64,000 nucleotides of DNA from Octopus sinensis (taxonomy: Eukaryota): contig NC_043009.1 of assembly GCF_006345805.1 (NCBI RefSeq), positions 56,916,001 to 56,980,000 on the forward strand, given 5' to 3'. The notes beneath the pieces were generated by a model. The model worked only from the letters and a program-made list of their open reading frames with translations, searched no databases and was not told the DNA's origin. Numbering within the stretch: position 1 is the stretch's first letter; every line of letters starts with the position of its first letter. Below are positions 1 to 13,058 of this stretch, piece after piece. Made by a program: the position numbers and the translations under genes.

Positions 1-725
1 TTCTAACCTCCTCTACAAAATTTATATTTTGCCATCCAAATGATTTTGAAGACTGCGAATAAATGATAATCAGATGGGGCAATGTCCAGTGAATATGGTG
101 GGTGGGGCATCGTTTCCAATTCAAACTGCTCCAGTTCTTGAAATGTTATCCTCACTGTATGTGGCCAAGCATTATCTTGATGGAAGGACACCTTTCATCT
201 TGAAACCAAAGATGGTCATTTTTCTTCAAGCGTTGACTTAAGCCACTCAAGCTGCTCACAGTCGATCTCCTTTGTTATTGTTTGGTTTGGGTTTAAAAGT
301 TCAAAGTGGGCTAAACCTTTCATATCCCAACAAACAGAAAACAACATCTTATATGGGTGAAGACCTTCTTTAGTCTGGGGTGCCAGTGTTTCTCCTTTCC
401 CTACCCACTGTCTTCAGTGCTTGAGATTTTTATAAAGAACCCATTTCTCATTACCAGTCACTGTTCGGTCCCAAAAAGGCTCATTTGTGAGATGTGACAG
501 CAATGAAGAACACACATCCACTCCCTGTGCACAATAAGACTCAGAAAGTTTGTGAGGAATCCACTGACCCAATTTGCTGACTTTTCCAATGGCACGCAAG
601 TGTCGATGAATGGTTGAATGACTAAATCTAAGCTTCTCAACTAGTTCCTCAACATTTATGATGGGATTTTCTTCTACCAGGGTTTGCAGGCTGTCCTTGT
701 CTAGCTCTACAGATCTTGCAGGATG
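1..725 (-). mobile_element. Degenerate mariner (DD34D) transposase relic
   Basis: Minus-strand frames give HTH region (LQTLVEENPIINVEEL..STIHRHLR), WIPHKL, VTGNEKWVLY and HQDNAWPHT..HPPYSLDIAPSDYHLF, which are canonical mariner motifs; broken by frameshifts and stops. Confidence 0.9.
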
Positions 726-992
726 AGGCGTATCTTCTACCCTGTAGTTTCCAGCTCAGAATTTCTGGAACCACTGTTGAAACTGGCTTACACTTATTGT
801 CTACTTCCCATATACTGCATTAATATTCCTCACGCTCTTTGTTGTATTGATGCCTTTATTAAACTGATAAAGCAAAATATGCCAAATATGTTCCTTTGTC
901 TCTTCCATAATAGCTTTGAAAATATAAATTTTAAAATCAAACTGTACTCTTCAAAACTTGTACTAAAAATAAGCAGAAGGTAAAATTACTAC

Positions 993-1040
993 CTGCTTTT
1001 ATAGCAAGTTGATGCAGGTAATTTATCCTGTCCGCTCCAG
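993..1040 (-). CDS. Candidate exon, 48 nt: xGADRINYLHQLAIKA
   Basis: Donor GCAG|gtagta; first AG after a T9C tract; phase 1-1 open; acceptor context weak. Confidence 0.25.
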
Positions 1041-1094
1041 CTTTTAGTTCATGCAGTTGAAAAAAAAATGCATTATTTATGAGATGACCCAATA

Positions 1095-1447
1095 TATGCA
1101 GGTATGGTTGTGTGGTAAGAAGCTTGTTTCCCAACCATATAGTTTCAGGTTCAGTTTCACTGCATGGCACCTTCGGCAAGTGTCTTCTACTACAGCCTCG
1201 GGCTAAGAAAAGCCTTGTGAGTGTATCTGGTAGGCAGAAACTGAAGGAAGCCCATTGTGTGTGTGTATATATATATATATTTATATGTACATTTTTGTGT
1301 GTATGTCTTTCTTTCTGTTTTTGTCCCCCCCCATCGTCACTTGACAATCAATGTGTTTAGGGCCCCTATCTCAGTGGTTTGGCAAAAGAGATTGTTAGAA
1401 TAAGTACAAGGCTTACAAAGAATAAGTTCTGGAGTTGATTTCGTTGA
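1095..1447 (+). mobile_element. tRNA-derived SINE (octopus-type)
   Basis: Head ggttgtgtggtaagaagctt..caggttcagtttcactg, internal TG/TA tract and tail agaataagtacaaggcttacaaagaataag; same family recurs at about 32630 and 42390. Confidence 0.7.
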
Positions 1448-1459
1448 CATTATTGTATA

Positions 1460-4400
1460 TATATATATTGGCATCCTTTCTGTCTCGGGAGACAATGGAG
1501 TTGCGCATGAAGTAGTCTAGTCCAGCTTTTATATTTCATGTCCTGATACATTTCCTGCTGTGGCTGTGTAGTCCTATCCTGGACAAACACTCCCTCTGGC
1601 AGGTACCGCAAATGTAGCAAAGACTGTTCTTGGCTGGTTGTAGTGCCATAGTCTCTTGTTTACGTCTCTTCCTTTCTTTCCATTTCTCCTCTCTCTCTCT
1701 GTCACTCTTTTGTATTCCCTCTTTTACTGTATGTCGCCATTCTCCACGGTTGCCGGCAACTGCCTCCCAACTGCTAATATTGATGTTGCAGGCCATCATA
1801 TCCCTTTTGCAAACATCCTTGTAACGTAAGATCGGTCTACCCACAGACCTAGTACCCCTAGCAAGCTCTCCGTAGAGTATGTCCTTGGGGATTCTGCCAT
1901 CTTTCATACAGCTAACATGCCCAAGCCATCTCATACGTCTTTGTGTGAGGAGTGCAAACATGCTTGGTATTCCTGCTTGCCTGAGGACATCTTTGTTGGG
2001 GATATGATTCTGCCATTTGATACGGAGGATTTTTCGGAGGCAGCGCAGGTGAAAGATGTTTAGGCGACGCTCTTGGATGTGTATAGCGTCTGAGTACACA
2101 TGCCTGGTAGATCTTCATTTTCGTGGTCTTGGTCAGCTTATTGTTGTCCCAAGCCCGTTTGGAGAGTTGGGCCATCGCAGCACTGCCTTGCCAATGCGTA
2201 TATTGAGCTCAGTGTCAAGGGATAGGTTGTAGGTGACGGTAGAGCCCAGATAGGTAAACTTCTCCACCTCTTGTAATCTGTGGTCTCCAATATGTATGTT
2301 TGGGATGTCCGATGTAGCCTGGCCCATGATGTTGGTCTTCTTAAGGCTGATAGCTAAGCCAAAGTCGTTACATGCTTGCTCAAAACAGTTAATGAGCCTT
2401 TGGAGGGCTTCTTCTGTGTGTGTTACCAGAGCGGCATCATCAGCAAATAACATCTCCTTGATCAGGACGTTTCTGATTTTGGTCTTGGCACGCAGGTGCA
2501 AGAGATTGAACAGTTTCCCGTCACTTCTACTGTGCAGAAACACTCCATCATCTGATGTCTGAAAGGCATGTGAAAGTAAGAGCGAGAAGAAGATGCCAAA
2601 CAATGTAGGAGCGAGGACACAGCCTTGCTTTACCCCGTTTTTTATTTGGAAGGCGGCTGATGTTGAACCGTTGTGCTGTATGGTGTCTTGGATGTCATCA
2701 TGGAAAGACTTGATGATCCTCAGCAGCTTTGGTGGACATCCCATTTTTTGGAGCAGGAGGAAGAGGCCTGTTCTGCTTACCGAGTCAAAAGCCTTTGTTA
2801 GATCAATGAAGGCCATATATAATGGCATTTTCTGCTCTCTGGACTTCTCCTGAAGTTGGCGTATGGAGAATATCATATCGATAGTTGATCTGCTTCTTCT
2901 AAAGCCACACTGCGATTCCGGATAGATTCGAGAAGCAAGTAGTTGTAGCCTGGCCAGGATAACGCGGGCAAAGGTCTTTCCAACAGTGCTTAGAAGGGAT
3001 ATACCACGGTAATTGTTACAATCACCACGGTCACCTTTGTTTTTGTAAAGCGTAATGATGTTGGCATCCCGCATATCCTGAGGGACTGTACCCTCTTCCC
3101 AGCACTGACACAGAAGCTCATGAAGGTGCCGAAGCAGGATGGTGTTTTTGCCGGCTTTGATGATCTCTGAGGGGATGCCGTCTTTTCCCGGAGCCTTATT
3201 TCTTGCTAGGGAGTCAACAGCCTTGGTGAGCTCTGCTATAGATGGTGGACTGTCAAGTTCGCAAATGACTGGCAAGATCTTGACACTCTCGACTGCAGCC
3301 TCAGACACTGTGGTCTCCCGTGAGTAGAGATCCTGGTAGTGCTCCACCCATCTATCCATTTGCTTGCCTTGATCCCTGATGAAATCTCCAGTAGTTGATT
3401 TCAGAGGGGCTGACTTGGTTGCGGATGGACCGAGGGCCTTCTTCAAACCGGCATACATCCCACGGGTGTCGCCCCTGTCAGCAGCTGACTGGATACTCTG
3501 ACAGATTTCCTGCCAATACCTATTTGCACAGCGTCTGGCTGTCAGTTGGGTTTTATTTCGTGCCTTTCTGAGTTCTTCAAGTGACTTTGTAGAAGAGTCA
3601 CTCTTGTATTGCACCAGAGCTGCATGCTTTGCTTCGATAACTGGCTCCAGCTCTGAGAGCCCAGCATTGAACCAATCTGGGTTTTGCCTTTCTCTCATGC
3701 CGAAAGTATCCAATGATGTCGTATACAAGGCTTCCCTGATATAGTCCCACCTACTTTCAGCAGAGGAGGTTGGGCAGCTACTGAGGGCAACCTTGATAGA
3801 AGCAGCAAAACATTTTCGCAGTGTAGGGTCCGAGGTTTTGGCGGTGTTGATGCGTGGTCAGCCCACTTTCTTGGAGCGATGGACTTTTTTAGGCAGAATC
3901 CTCACCCTGCTTCAAATTAGTGAGTGGTCTGTGTCACAATCCGCGCTGTGGTAACTGCGGGTCAATAGAGTAGAATTCAGAAAGGATCTCCGTGTAATGA
4001 TGAGATCCAGCTGATGCCAGTGGTGAGATCTTGGATGTCTCCAGGATGCCTTGTGGGATGGCTTGTTGGTAAAGAATGTGTTTGTGATGCACAGGTTGTG
4101 GTATGTGCAGAATTCGAGTAGTCTCTGACCATTGTCATTCATGTTGCCAATACCAAAGTGTCCAACACAAATGAGCCACGAATCATGGTCAGATCCCATG
4201 CGAGCGTTAAAATCCCCTAGAAGGTAGATATTTTCAGTCGTTGGTATATTTTCTATGACACAGTTGAGATCTTTGTAGAACTGGTCCTTGGTCTCCTCTG
4301 AGCTGTAGAGAGTGGGAGCATAGATGCTGAGTAGATGTACTGAGCCAGAAGAAGTCGAGAGGCACAGTGAGAGGATACGCTCAGTGCCTCCCGATGGTGG

Positions 4401-5125
4401 TTCTATTGAGGAGAGTAGTGAATTTCTCACTGCAAAGCCAACGCCATGTTGACGAGGTTCTTCTGGATCTCTTCCCTGCCAAAAGAAGGTGAAATCCTGC
4501 TCTTTGAGTTTGCTGTTTGAGGGAAGTCTTGTCTCCTGCAGCCCAGCAATATCTATGTTGAGCCTCTTTAGTTCACGGTCAATGATGGCCGTTTTCCTTG
4601 TGTCTTCAATTCTGAGAAGATCATCAGATATTCCAGGACACATGGTCCTGACATTCCAGCTTGCCAACCGCAGAACTGGTGTTTTCTTGACTTTTAGTTG
4701 CTTGCCTGGTGCAGAGGTTGCAGGCCGCTTTTCGAGTCATACTCTTAGCTCCAAACACCCAATGGAGCAGGCGGCTTGTGGCGGGTCAGCACCTTATTAA
4801 CTGGGGGCTGCCCAGCTTGAGGTGGGCAGTAGCTAACCAATAGGACACGGAAGTCCCTCCCACCGTCAGAGGTAACCCGTAGCGCCCATATTTTACGCCA
4901 ATCTGAATGGACTTATCACTCGTGACTGTTACCTCCCGTGTTGTTTCTGCAGCTTTCTACAGCAGCACTGAAGTGTCCTCTCCAGTTTTGTGCAGGCCTG
5001 GGCTATAGGTAAGAAAGTCCTGGGTAGTCCAATCGTCAGGTTTCCTCTCTCGACCTTGCTGATGTAGTCCAGTGGAGTGCAGTGCATTACGTTTGGCACA
5101 GCTTGGTTGCAGGAGCTAAACCCTC
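1460..5125 (-). mobile_element. Near full-length RTE-clade (BovB/Expander-like) LINE, APE + RT + C-terminal zinc finger, disrupted
   Basis: APE ORF 3912-4667 (SWNVRT, LQETRL, GDFNAR, ADCDTDH), RT ORF 2133-3728 (NYRGISLLS, FIDLTKAFDSV, GVKQGCVLAPTLF, LFADD), C-term 1536-2175 ending CGTCQRECLSRIGLHSHSRKC; frameshifts near 3910 and 2170, in-frame TGA near 3860, small deletion near 2095. Confidence 0.93.
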
Positions 5126-5164
<39 letters not shown>

Positions 5165-5252
5165 CATTATTATTATTATTATTATCATTATTATTATTAT
5201 TGTTGTTGTTATTATTATTATTACTATTATTATTGTTATCATCATCATTACT
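5124..5252. repeat. (TTA)n microsatellite
   Basis: Direct reading; source of the poly-L/poly-I ORFs. Confidence 0.95.
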
Positions 5253-5682
5253 CTGTTTTTATTCATTTCTACCATTTTTTTGTCCATTTATTTATTAATT
5301 TAGTTGACCCTGTCCCTTCTTTTCATTTGATATAGTTTCATCTCTTTCAAGCTTTCTCTGCTCTCTTATCTACACAACCAATCCATTTTCTGCCCCCTGC
5401 TCTTTCTCTCTCATCCATTTCCCACTTTATTGATATTTTACTCCTTCTGGTTACATCCTCTCCACATTTAGTAGGCAACTTAGACTGCCCCAACCAGATA
5501 TCTCTCATTTTGCACATATTTTGAAATATCTTAACTGAAGAAGATTTTGCATGAGAAATTGTTTTCTGTCAATTGTGCAGTGATCTGAAACATGCATATT
5601 AAATGCATTCAGAATATCATTACTTGGTTTTATTTCATCAATGCATATTATATATGAACACATAAACCAAAAAGCTACTTAC

Positions 5683-5688
5683 AAAAGA
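5683..5688 (-). CDS. Candidate 6-nt micro-exon (TCTTTT)
   Basis: attcctttttgactctatatag|TCTTTT|gtaagt; frame-preserving, but such a short match can occur by chance. Confidence 0.25.
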
Positions 5689-5812
5689 CTATATAGAGTC
5701 AAAAAGGAATGCAAGTAAAGCACAATATGATGAAGACAAGCAAGCCGAAACTTCAGTCTGCCATTTCCTTGTAAATGGTACTATACATAACATGGAATAA
5801 AAACGCATATTA

Positions 5813-5814
<2 letters not shown>

Positions 5815-5849
<35 letters not shown>

Positions 5850-5929
5850 GTGTGTGTGTGTGTGTCTGTGTCTGTGTCTGTGTGTGTGTGAGTCTGTGTG
5901 TATGTGTGTGTGTCTGTGTGTGTGTGTGT

Positions 5930-5963
<34 letters not shown>

Positions 5964-5975
5964 TGTGTGTGTGAT
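5815..5975. repeat. (TG)n microsatellite
   Basis: Direct reading. Confidence 0.95.
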
Positions 5976-6134
5976 AGGAAGAATTGATAATGTATACATA
6001 CTCATGCAAAGATATACAAATATTAACACACATATACTTACAAAAAACATACAATGCTAACAAAAATACACACATAATAACGATGTACAGTCACAACACA
6101 TAACATGCATAATATGGAATAAGTTGAAACTTAC

Positions 6135-6149
6135 CTAGAGAGCGTAAAG
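6135..6149 (-). CDS. Micro-exon, 15 nt: (A)LRSL
   Basis: Acceptor gtttttattttttag|CT, donor CTAG|gtaagt; positionally paralogous to the 18-nt exon. Confidence 0.72.
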   Translation of the reverse strand, partial: LYAL

Positions 6150-7263
6150 CTAAAAAATAAAAACAAACAATTTAATAATATTTTTAACTGATATCAACAC
6201 ACACACACACGCACAGACAATCAAAAATGGGCGTGCAATTACAATATGTAAGATAATTTTTGTCCTTCAGTAGTAACTGTTATTTCTTATTTGCTTACTA
6301 CTAGAAATTATGAAAAATGGCTAATATTTACTTCAAGCTTTGCTTTTGTTACTTTTATTCAAACCTCTGAAAACCAGTCGCAACACATGGCTCTGATGCT
6401 CCCCCACCATTCCTGCTCATGATCAGAGAGATACACATATTGGAAGTCATTATGGAACATTCTCAAGTGGTTAAGGTCAAGCAACTAACAAGCAAATATT
6501 TGGTATGAAAGAGAATATTTTCTATAACAATGTCTCTTCTCCAGCAAATCACCACCTGAATCTGTCTGAAGTATAATTGGATATCGGTCAGTCTCAAAGC
6601 ATTGATGTCAAAGTCGCAAAAGCAAAGTTTGAAGGGAATAGCAGCCAGTTCCTTTGATTTCTAGATAGAAGCAAACTGAAAATAACACTTACTGACCAAA
6701 GGCAACAAAAAAAATTGTTACACAATGTTATATATACAAGCAAATTGCACTAAAAAAATTGTATGAATGCAGGTAATTAAAGAAACATAATAAACAAATT
6801 ACATACAGAACAGAGGGAATTGAGAATGTAAAGACTATGACCCACATCTAAGGACTGAAGCACATGCATCAAATATGATCTACACATGAAGCTTGTGATT
6901 CACATGTGAAGACTCCAATCCAGATTGGAAGAATGTGATCCACCATGTCAGAAGAATGTGGTCTACAATTTAAACCATTGCTATCACAATAAAAGCTGGA
7001 AGATATCATAGATTCTGGACATGTGTCACTAAACAAGCCTTTACACAGTTTCTCATCTTGCTACAGATACTAACCAAATATCCCTATTATGATATAGCAC
7101 CAATTAAAAAAAATTAGACAAAGCATTCGATTTCAAAATAATATGTGACGATAAAAGAGAGAATTGCAAAGGCTTCATTGTCTTTGACCATAAATGTATG
7201 TCATTAGAACTTAATCACAGCCAAACAACAACAAAGAGAACATGAGAAAAGAAACATTCATAC

Positions 7264-7296
7264 CAGTTAGGGTCCTCTCAATGTCATCTGAAACAC
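7264..7296 (-). CDS. Micro-exon, 33 nt: (G)VSDDIERTLT
   Basis: Acceptor tttttcttttgtttag|GT, donor ACTG|gtatga. Confidence 0.75.
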
Positions 7297-7355
7297 CTAA
7301 ACAAAAGAAAAATATTAATTAGGAAATGAAAATATAGTCTGTGCAATAGCATATT

Positions 7356-7392
<37 letters not shown>

Positions 7393-7439
7393 AAATGTAT
7401 GCTAGTACCACCTGAATGGCACTTGTGCCGGTGGCACAT

Positions 7440-7760
7440 TGAAAGCATCATGTGAGGATGGTCGATGCCTATACTGCCTCACAGGTTCCTATGCTGGTGG
7501 TGTGTAAAATGCACCATTCAAGCGTTGTCAATGCCAGTGCCACCTGACTGGCTCCTGTGCTGGTGGAATGTAAAAAGCACCCACAATACTCTCAGAGTGG
7601 TGGCATTAGGAAGGGCATCCAGCTGTAAAAGCCTTGCCAGATCAGACTGCAGCATGGTGCAGCCTCCTGGCTTGCTAGCCTCAGTCACACCATCCAACCC
7701 ATGTCAGCATGAAAAGTGGATGTTAAATAATGATGATGATGATGATGATGATGATGACTA
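7440..7760 (+). mobile_element. RTE 3'-tail-derived short element ending in (GAT)n; copies at about 13180-13550, 13810-14130 and 61095-61240 (+), about 8560-8870 and 63480-64000 (-)
   Basis: Shared core ggcattaggaagggcatccagctgta..gccagatcaga..ccaacccatgccagcatggaaa + (gat)n, the same as the 3' UTR of the RTE copy at 25058-25982. Confidence 0.75.
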
Positions 7761-7874
7761 TGACGAGATATGCGTATGAAACTCTGTATGCATAAATTTC
7801 ATTCGTACATTAACTGTGTCTTTTAACATACGACAGGATTGTCATGAATGGAGTGCTTGTAACCATAAATCTAT

Positions 7875-8550
7875 ATTCTCATCAAATCATATTATTCTGT
7901 GACCCTGAATTTGGAAACTTGTCGTAGTTGCATTTAATGAGTACAAGCTAAATAACCCGTAATACTACTCCCCACTACCACCACTTCTGTTTCGAAATGT
8001 GAGGAATTTAAACCCCACACATCAAGGTATCGTACTTTGAGTCACATAGAAATAGAAGCTAAGACAGAGTCTTCCGGTGAGCAGTCAAGGGTATTTTCCA
8101 CTACCGCTGACTCTGATACTACCACAAGCCCCATAATTCAGTCAGATACTAGAGCCAAACATCTCATCACACCCCAATCAGGTACTACAGATCATTACTG
8201 GCAACTACCTCTCCTCCTAAACACAAGTATAATTTCAAACCTGGGAAAATATATCCCTTGAATGGAAATTGTGACCAAGCTAATGTACTGTATGAGTGTT
8301 TGGTACCTTTCTGGTTCTATCACTAGATCTTAAACCAGATTGATTACTAATCCTGTGAACCTCAGAATCTCAACCCATAGACACGCTCCTTGTAATGATA
8401 GTCTGAAATCCAATATCTTCTTAGCTGAACATTTTCACTCACTCAATTCCGAAATGCTTGGTTCAGGCCAAGGCCCAACCTTCTAGTGGTAGCAAGATAT
8501 TTTGCAAACTGCATCTTCTTGAAGTTCTGTTTGTGGAATAATTGTAACAG
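7875..8550 (+). mobile_element. Penelope-like element relic (RT thumb/linker/GIY-YIG); copies at 9590-10430 and 14650-15405
   Basis: WCNPPFANN..HRYYIIFD (thumb/linker), YPLNGNCDQTNVLYK and ITRSYIRLITNPVKLKITTHRH..LAEHFHSL (degenerate GIY-YIG). Confidence 0.7.
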
Positions 8551-9072
8551 ACTAACTATCAGTTAGCACATAAAAAGCATCATTCAAGTGTGGTCGATGC
8601 CAGTGTCCCTGGACTGGCTCCCATGCTGATGACACATAAAAAGCATCATGTGAGTATGGTCGATGACAATGCCACCTGAGTGGATCCCATGCTAGTAGAA
8701 TATAAAAAGGACCCACAACACTCTCAGAGTGGTTGACATTAGGAAGGGCATCCAGCTGTAAGAACTTTGCCAGATCAGACTGGAACCTGGTGCAGCCTCC
8801 AAGTTTACCAGTCCTCAGTCGAACCATCCAACCCATGCCAGCATGAAAAGTGGCCATTGAATAATGATGATGATGATGACGATGACGAGATATGCGTATG
8901 AAACTATGTATGCATAAATTTCATTCCTACATAAAATGTGTCTCTTAACATACGATAGGATTGTCATGAATGGAGTGCTTTTAACCATAAATCTATTTGA
9001 TTAGGGCAGACTTGCAACAAAAAAACAAACAGAACATGGTAACAGGATAATAATATTAAAATAAATTCATAC

Positions 9073-9099
9073 CGGGTGAATGAAGCTTTTTCTCTTCAT
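9073..9099 (-). CDS. Micro-exon, 27 nt: xEEKKLHSP
   Basis: Acceptor ttctcgtttttgcag|AT, donor CCCG|gtatga. Confidence 0.75.
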
Positions 9100-11135
9100 C
9101 TGCAAAAACGAGAAAAATATTAGAAAATGAAAATATAATCGTGTAATCAGTTCTAATGAAGGGACGAGGGATAAGAATGAATACATATATGTTCATAGAT
9201 ACAGATTTTGGTGTGTGCAAAAGCATATGAAAGTGTCAGTTTTCATGTAAATGTATGTATATACATGTGTACAAATGTGTATGAATCTATGTATGTGTAC
9301 CTGTCATAAATATATACATACATGTATATATACATATATACTCATATGTACATGAATGTCTATATGCATGCATATAAGTGCATCTGTAAGACAACCTCCC
9401 AAGGACTAACTGCATTTGATACATCTGCTAAATCTCATAAGTGTGGAAATAATTAGCCATCCATAAAGGCAATAGTAACTATAATCTAAGATCAAATGAT
9501 ACAAAAAAACAGGGAGGTAGTGGTGACACCCAGAATGCTGAGCTTCCAACAACAGATCAAATCCCAGGGGAATGGGAAGTCATAGGAATACAAACACCAG
9601 CAAATCTAGGAAGAATCAAGTAGGTTGGTGTAACCCTCCCTTTGCTAATAACATAAAACATCCTATAACAAGGACCTTTAATAACCTGTCAGAGAAAAAA
9701 CATCTCCCTTCAACATAGGTATTACATAATCTTTGATAGAAACCATCAAATCATATTATTCTATGATCCTGAATTTGGAAACTTGTCGTAGTTGCATTTA
9801 ATAAGCTCTAATGACTCTTACTACTACTCCCCACTACCACCACCACTTCCGTTTCCAAATGTGAGGAATTTAAACCCCAAACTGCAAGGTATCTTACTTT
9901 GAATCACATAGAAATAGAAGCTAGGACTGAATCTTTGAGTTGGGCAATCAAGAATATTTCCCACTACCGCTGACTCTGATACTACCACAAGCCCCATAAT
10001 TGAGCCAGATACTAGAGCCAAACATCTCATCACACCCCAATCAGGTACTACAGATAATTACAGACAACTACCTCTCCTCCTAAACACAAGTATAATTTCA
10101 AACCTGGGAAAATCTATCCTTTGAATGGAAATTGTGACCAAACTAATGTGCTGTATAAGTTTTTAGCACCTTCTGGTTCTATCACTAGATCTTACATCAG
10201 ATTGATTACTAATCCTGTGAAGCTCAAAATCACAACCCATAGACATATTCCTTGTAATGATAATCTGAAATCCAATATCTTCTTAGCTGAACATTTTCAC
10301 TCACTCAATTCCGAAATTGTCAGTTCTGGCCAAAGCCCAACCTTCTAGTGGTAGCGAGATATTTTGCAAACTGCGTCTTCTTGAATTTCTGTTTGTGGAA
10401 TAATTGTAACAGACTAACTGTCTATTAATGTAAGTATATATTAAGATTTACATTCAAGAACTTTACGAGAAAGAATATAAAACCTACTTTATTGCATCTC
10501 AACTTGTTCAAATTCATTCCTTGTTTTATTGCAACTTACATGGTGCCTTTGTTTAGTTTCCATTGTAAATTACATAAATTATCTTGCATTTCTTCATCAG
10601 CTTATGATTGAAAGTAAGAGTGATTATACAAAGAAACAAGTGTGCATGTTACACTGGGAGCACATACATGAAAAACATTTGAATCCCTATTTTGTGTATC
10701 AGTATGTATGTGTGTGCAGGAATACTACACAGTTGTGCATACGTATGTGTATTAAAGGCAATCATCCGAAAGTTGGCAAGAGTATCCATATAAGCATACA
10801 AAATTATTTCATATATGTATGAGCTTGCACATATTGGTGCTTGCAAATGAGCATGCATGCACATATCTATGCATGTTCATGAATAAATGCATGTGTGTGT
10901 GTGTGTGTGTGTGTGTGAATGTTAGGGCAAGTTGATAATGGATACATACTCATACAAGATATAAAAATATTTACATCAAAGATACTCACAACAAACAACA
11001 CAAATACATATTCTCACAATATACAAACACCAGAAACATATATCACCAGCAATACAAATACACACACAATCACAATGAACTCAGTCACAACACTTAAACA
11101 TGCATTAACACTTAAAGAAATAAATCAAAACTTAC

Positions 11136-11153
11136 ACAAGACACTGGCTGTAA
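11136..11153 (-). CDS. Micro-exon, 18 nt: xTASVL
   Basis: Acceptor gtttttattttttag|TT, donor TTGT|gtaagt. Confidence 0.72.
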
Positions 11154-12094
11154 CTAAAAAATAAAAACAAAAAAAAAATTAATTAGACTTTCAATTAATA
11201 AGTTTCACACACACACAAACACAGGGAAATGGGCATGCAGTTAGATTTGGTAAAATAATTTTTGTCCTTCAGTAGTAACTGTTATTTCTTATTTGCTTAC
11301 TACTAGAAATTATGAAAAATGGCTAATATTTACTTCAAGCTTTGCTTTTGTTATTTTTATTCAAACCTCTGAAACCCACTCTCAACACATGGCTCTGATG
11401 CTCCCCCACTATTCCTGCTCATGATCAGAGAGATACGCATATTGGAAGCCATTATGGAACATTCTCAAGTGGTTAAGGTCAAACAACTAACAAGCAAATA
11501 TTTGGTATGAAAGAGAATATTTTCTATAACAATGTCTCTTCTCCAGCAACTCACCACTGAATCTGCCTGAAGTATAATTGGATATCGGTCAGTGTCAAAG
11601 CATTGATGTCAAAGTCACAAAAGTAAAGTTTAAAAGTAGTAATAGTGACTTCATTTGATTTCTAGATAGAAGCAAATGGGAAATAACACTTACTGACCAT
11701 AGACAACAACAAAAAAAAATTGTTACACAGTGTTATGTATACAAGCAAATTGCACTAAAAAAATTGTATGAATGCAGGTAATTAAAAAAACATAATAAAC
11801 ATATTACATAGAGAACAGAGGGAATTGAGAATGTAAAGACTATGACCCACATCTAAGGACTGAAGGACATGCATCAAATATGATCTACACATGAAGCTTG
11901 TGATTCATATATGAAGACTCCAATCCAGATTGGAAGAATGTGATCCACCACGTCAGAAGAATGTGGTCTAAACCTGAGGAATGTGACCCACATCGGAAGA
12001 ATGTGATACAGACCCAAATAATGTGATCTGTGTTGGAAGGTTGTAGTCCAAATCTGAAGCTGAATATAATACAGAGAGACAATCTGTAACTTAC

Positions 12095-12103
12095 AAGGGC
12101 AAG
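12095..12103 (-). CDS. Candidate 9-nt micro-exon (CTTGCCCTT)
   Basis: Strong donor CTT|gtaagt with long pyrimidine tract upstream; the AG giving 9 nt is the second AG (the first gives 17 nt). Confidence 0.3.
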
Positions 12104-13058
12104 CTGGAGCACTTGTAAGTAAAGAAGAAAACAAGACACATACTATCTCAATAAAATAAGGTGGATATATAACAAAATATAGTAATTTCAGAATATTCAG
12201 AGGAGTAGTGAAAACATATTTCAAATGATATTTGAAATGAGAAGTTAAATATCATTGACATTTGAAGTAGATGAATGTGTTTAATGTTAAATTCCACATA
12301 GGCTCTGGTTCAGTACACCTATGATTAAAGCTCTTGTCTTTGAAAACATCAGGTCTACATTATCCAGTATGGCCTTCCTTTCCCAAGACAACTGAATGTA
12401 ATGTCCAACAGATTTCACTGCCATTTTTAGCAGGTCAGTCAACAACAAAAATCCTGCCCTGTTCCCTCCTACATAAATATTAGGTGAAACACAGTTCATT
12501 CCTTCAGACTAAATGGAAACTAAATATATTCTAAAACTTGTTGGGTTGTCATGTAAATTGTAGAGGTTTTAACCTTAATCCTCTCCTACATTCTTAAAAG
12601 AGAGAAGACACATTGAGTAATGTAGCCCAGAGTATCCAATGTCTAAGATGATTAAACATCATCATCATCATTGTTATTAAAGTCTGCCTTTAATGCTAGC
12701 ATGGGTAATACTGATGCTCAGGTAAATTTAATAAAAGAAAGCCAAAATTTAATGTTTAAACCATTGCTATCACAACAAAAGCTGGAATATATCATAGATT
12801 CTTGATATGTGTCACTTAACAAGCCTTTACACAGTTTCTCATCTTGCTAGAGATACTAACCAAATAGCCCTATACACTACCATCTAAAAAAAAGTGACAA
12901 AGCATTCAGTTCCAAAATAAGGTATGAAGATAAAAGAGAGAATTGCAAAGGCTTCAGTGTCTTTGACCATAAATCTATGTCATTAGAATTTACTCACAGC
13001 CAAACAACAACAAAGAGAACATGAGAAAGGGTTATAATAAGAAAAGAAACATTCATAC

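Noticed and set aside
1095-1200. tRNA genes at SINE heads (also 32630, 42390, 54300)
   Set aside because: Only A/B-box-like remnants followed by SINE bodies; no complete cloverleaf is evident.
8037-8261. S/T-rich + strand ORFs (also 14903-15202) as mucin-like host exons
   Set aside because: Embedded between Penelope thumb and GIY-YIG-like motifs, and on the opposite strand to the host gene.
10540-10600. Minus-strand candidate exon DEEMQDNLCNLQWKLNKGT with good donor gtaagt
   Set aside because: 61 nt, so it would shift to phase 2 and hit TGA at the start of the next (27-nt) exon; at best a pseudo- or poison exon.
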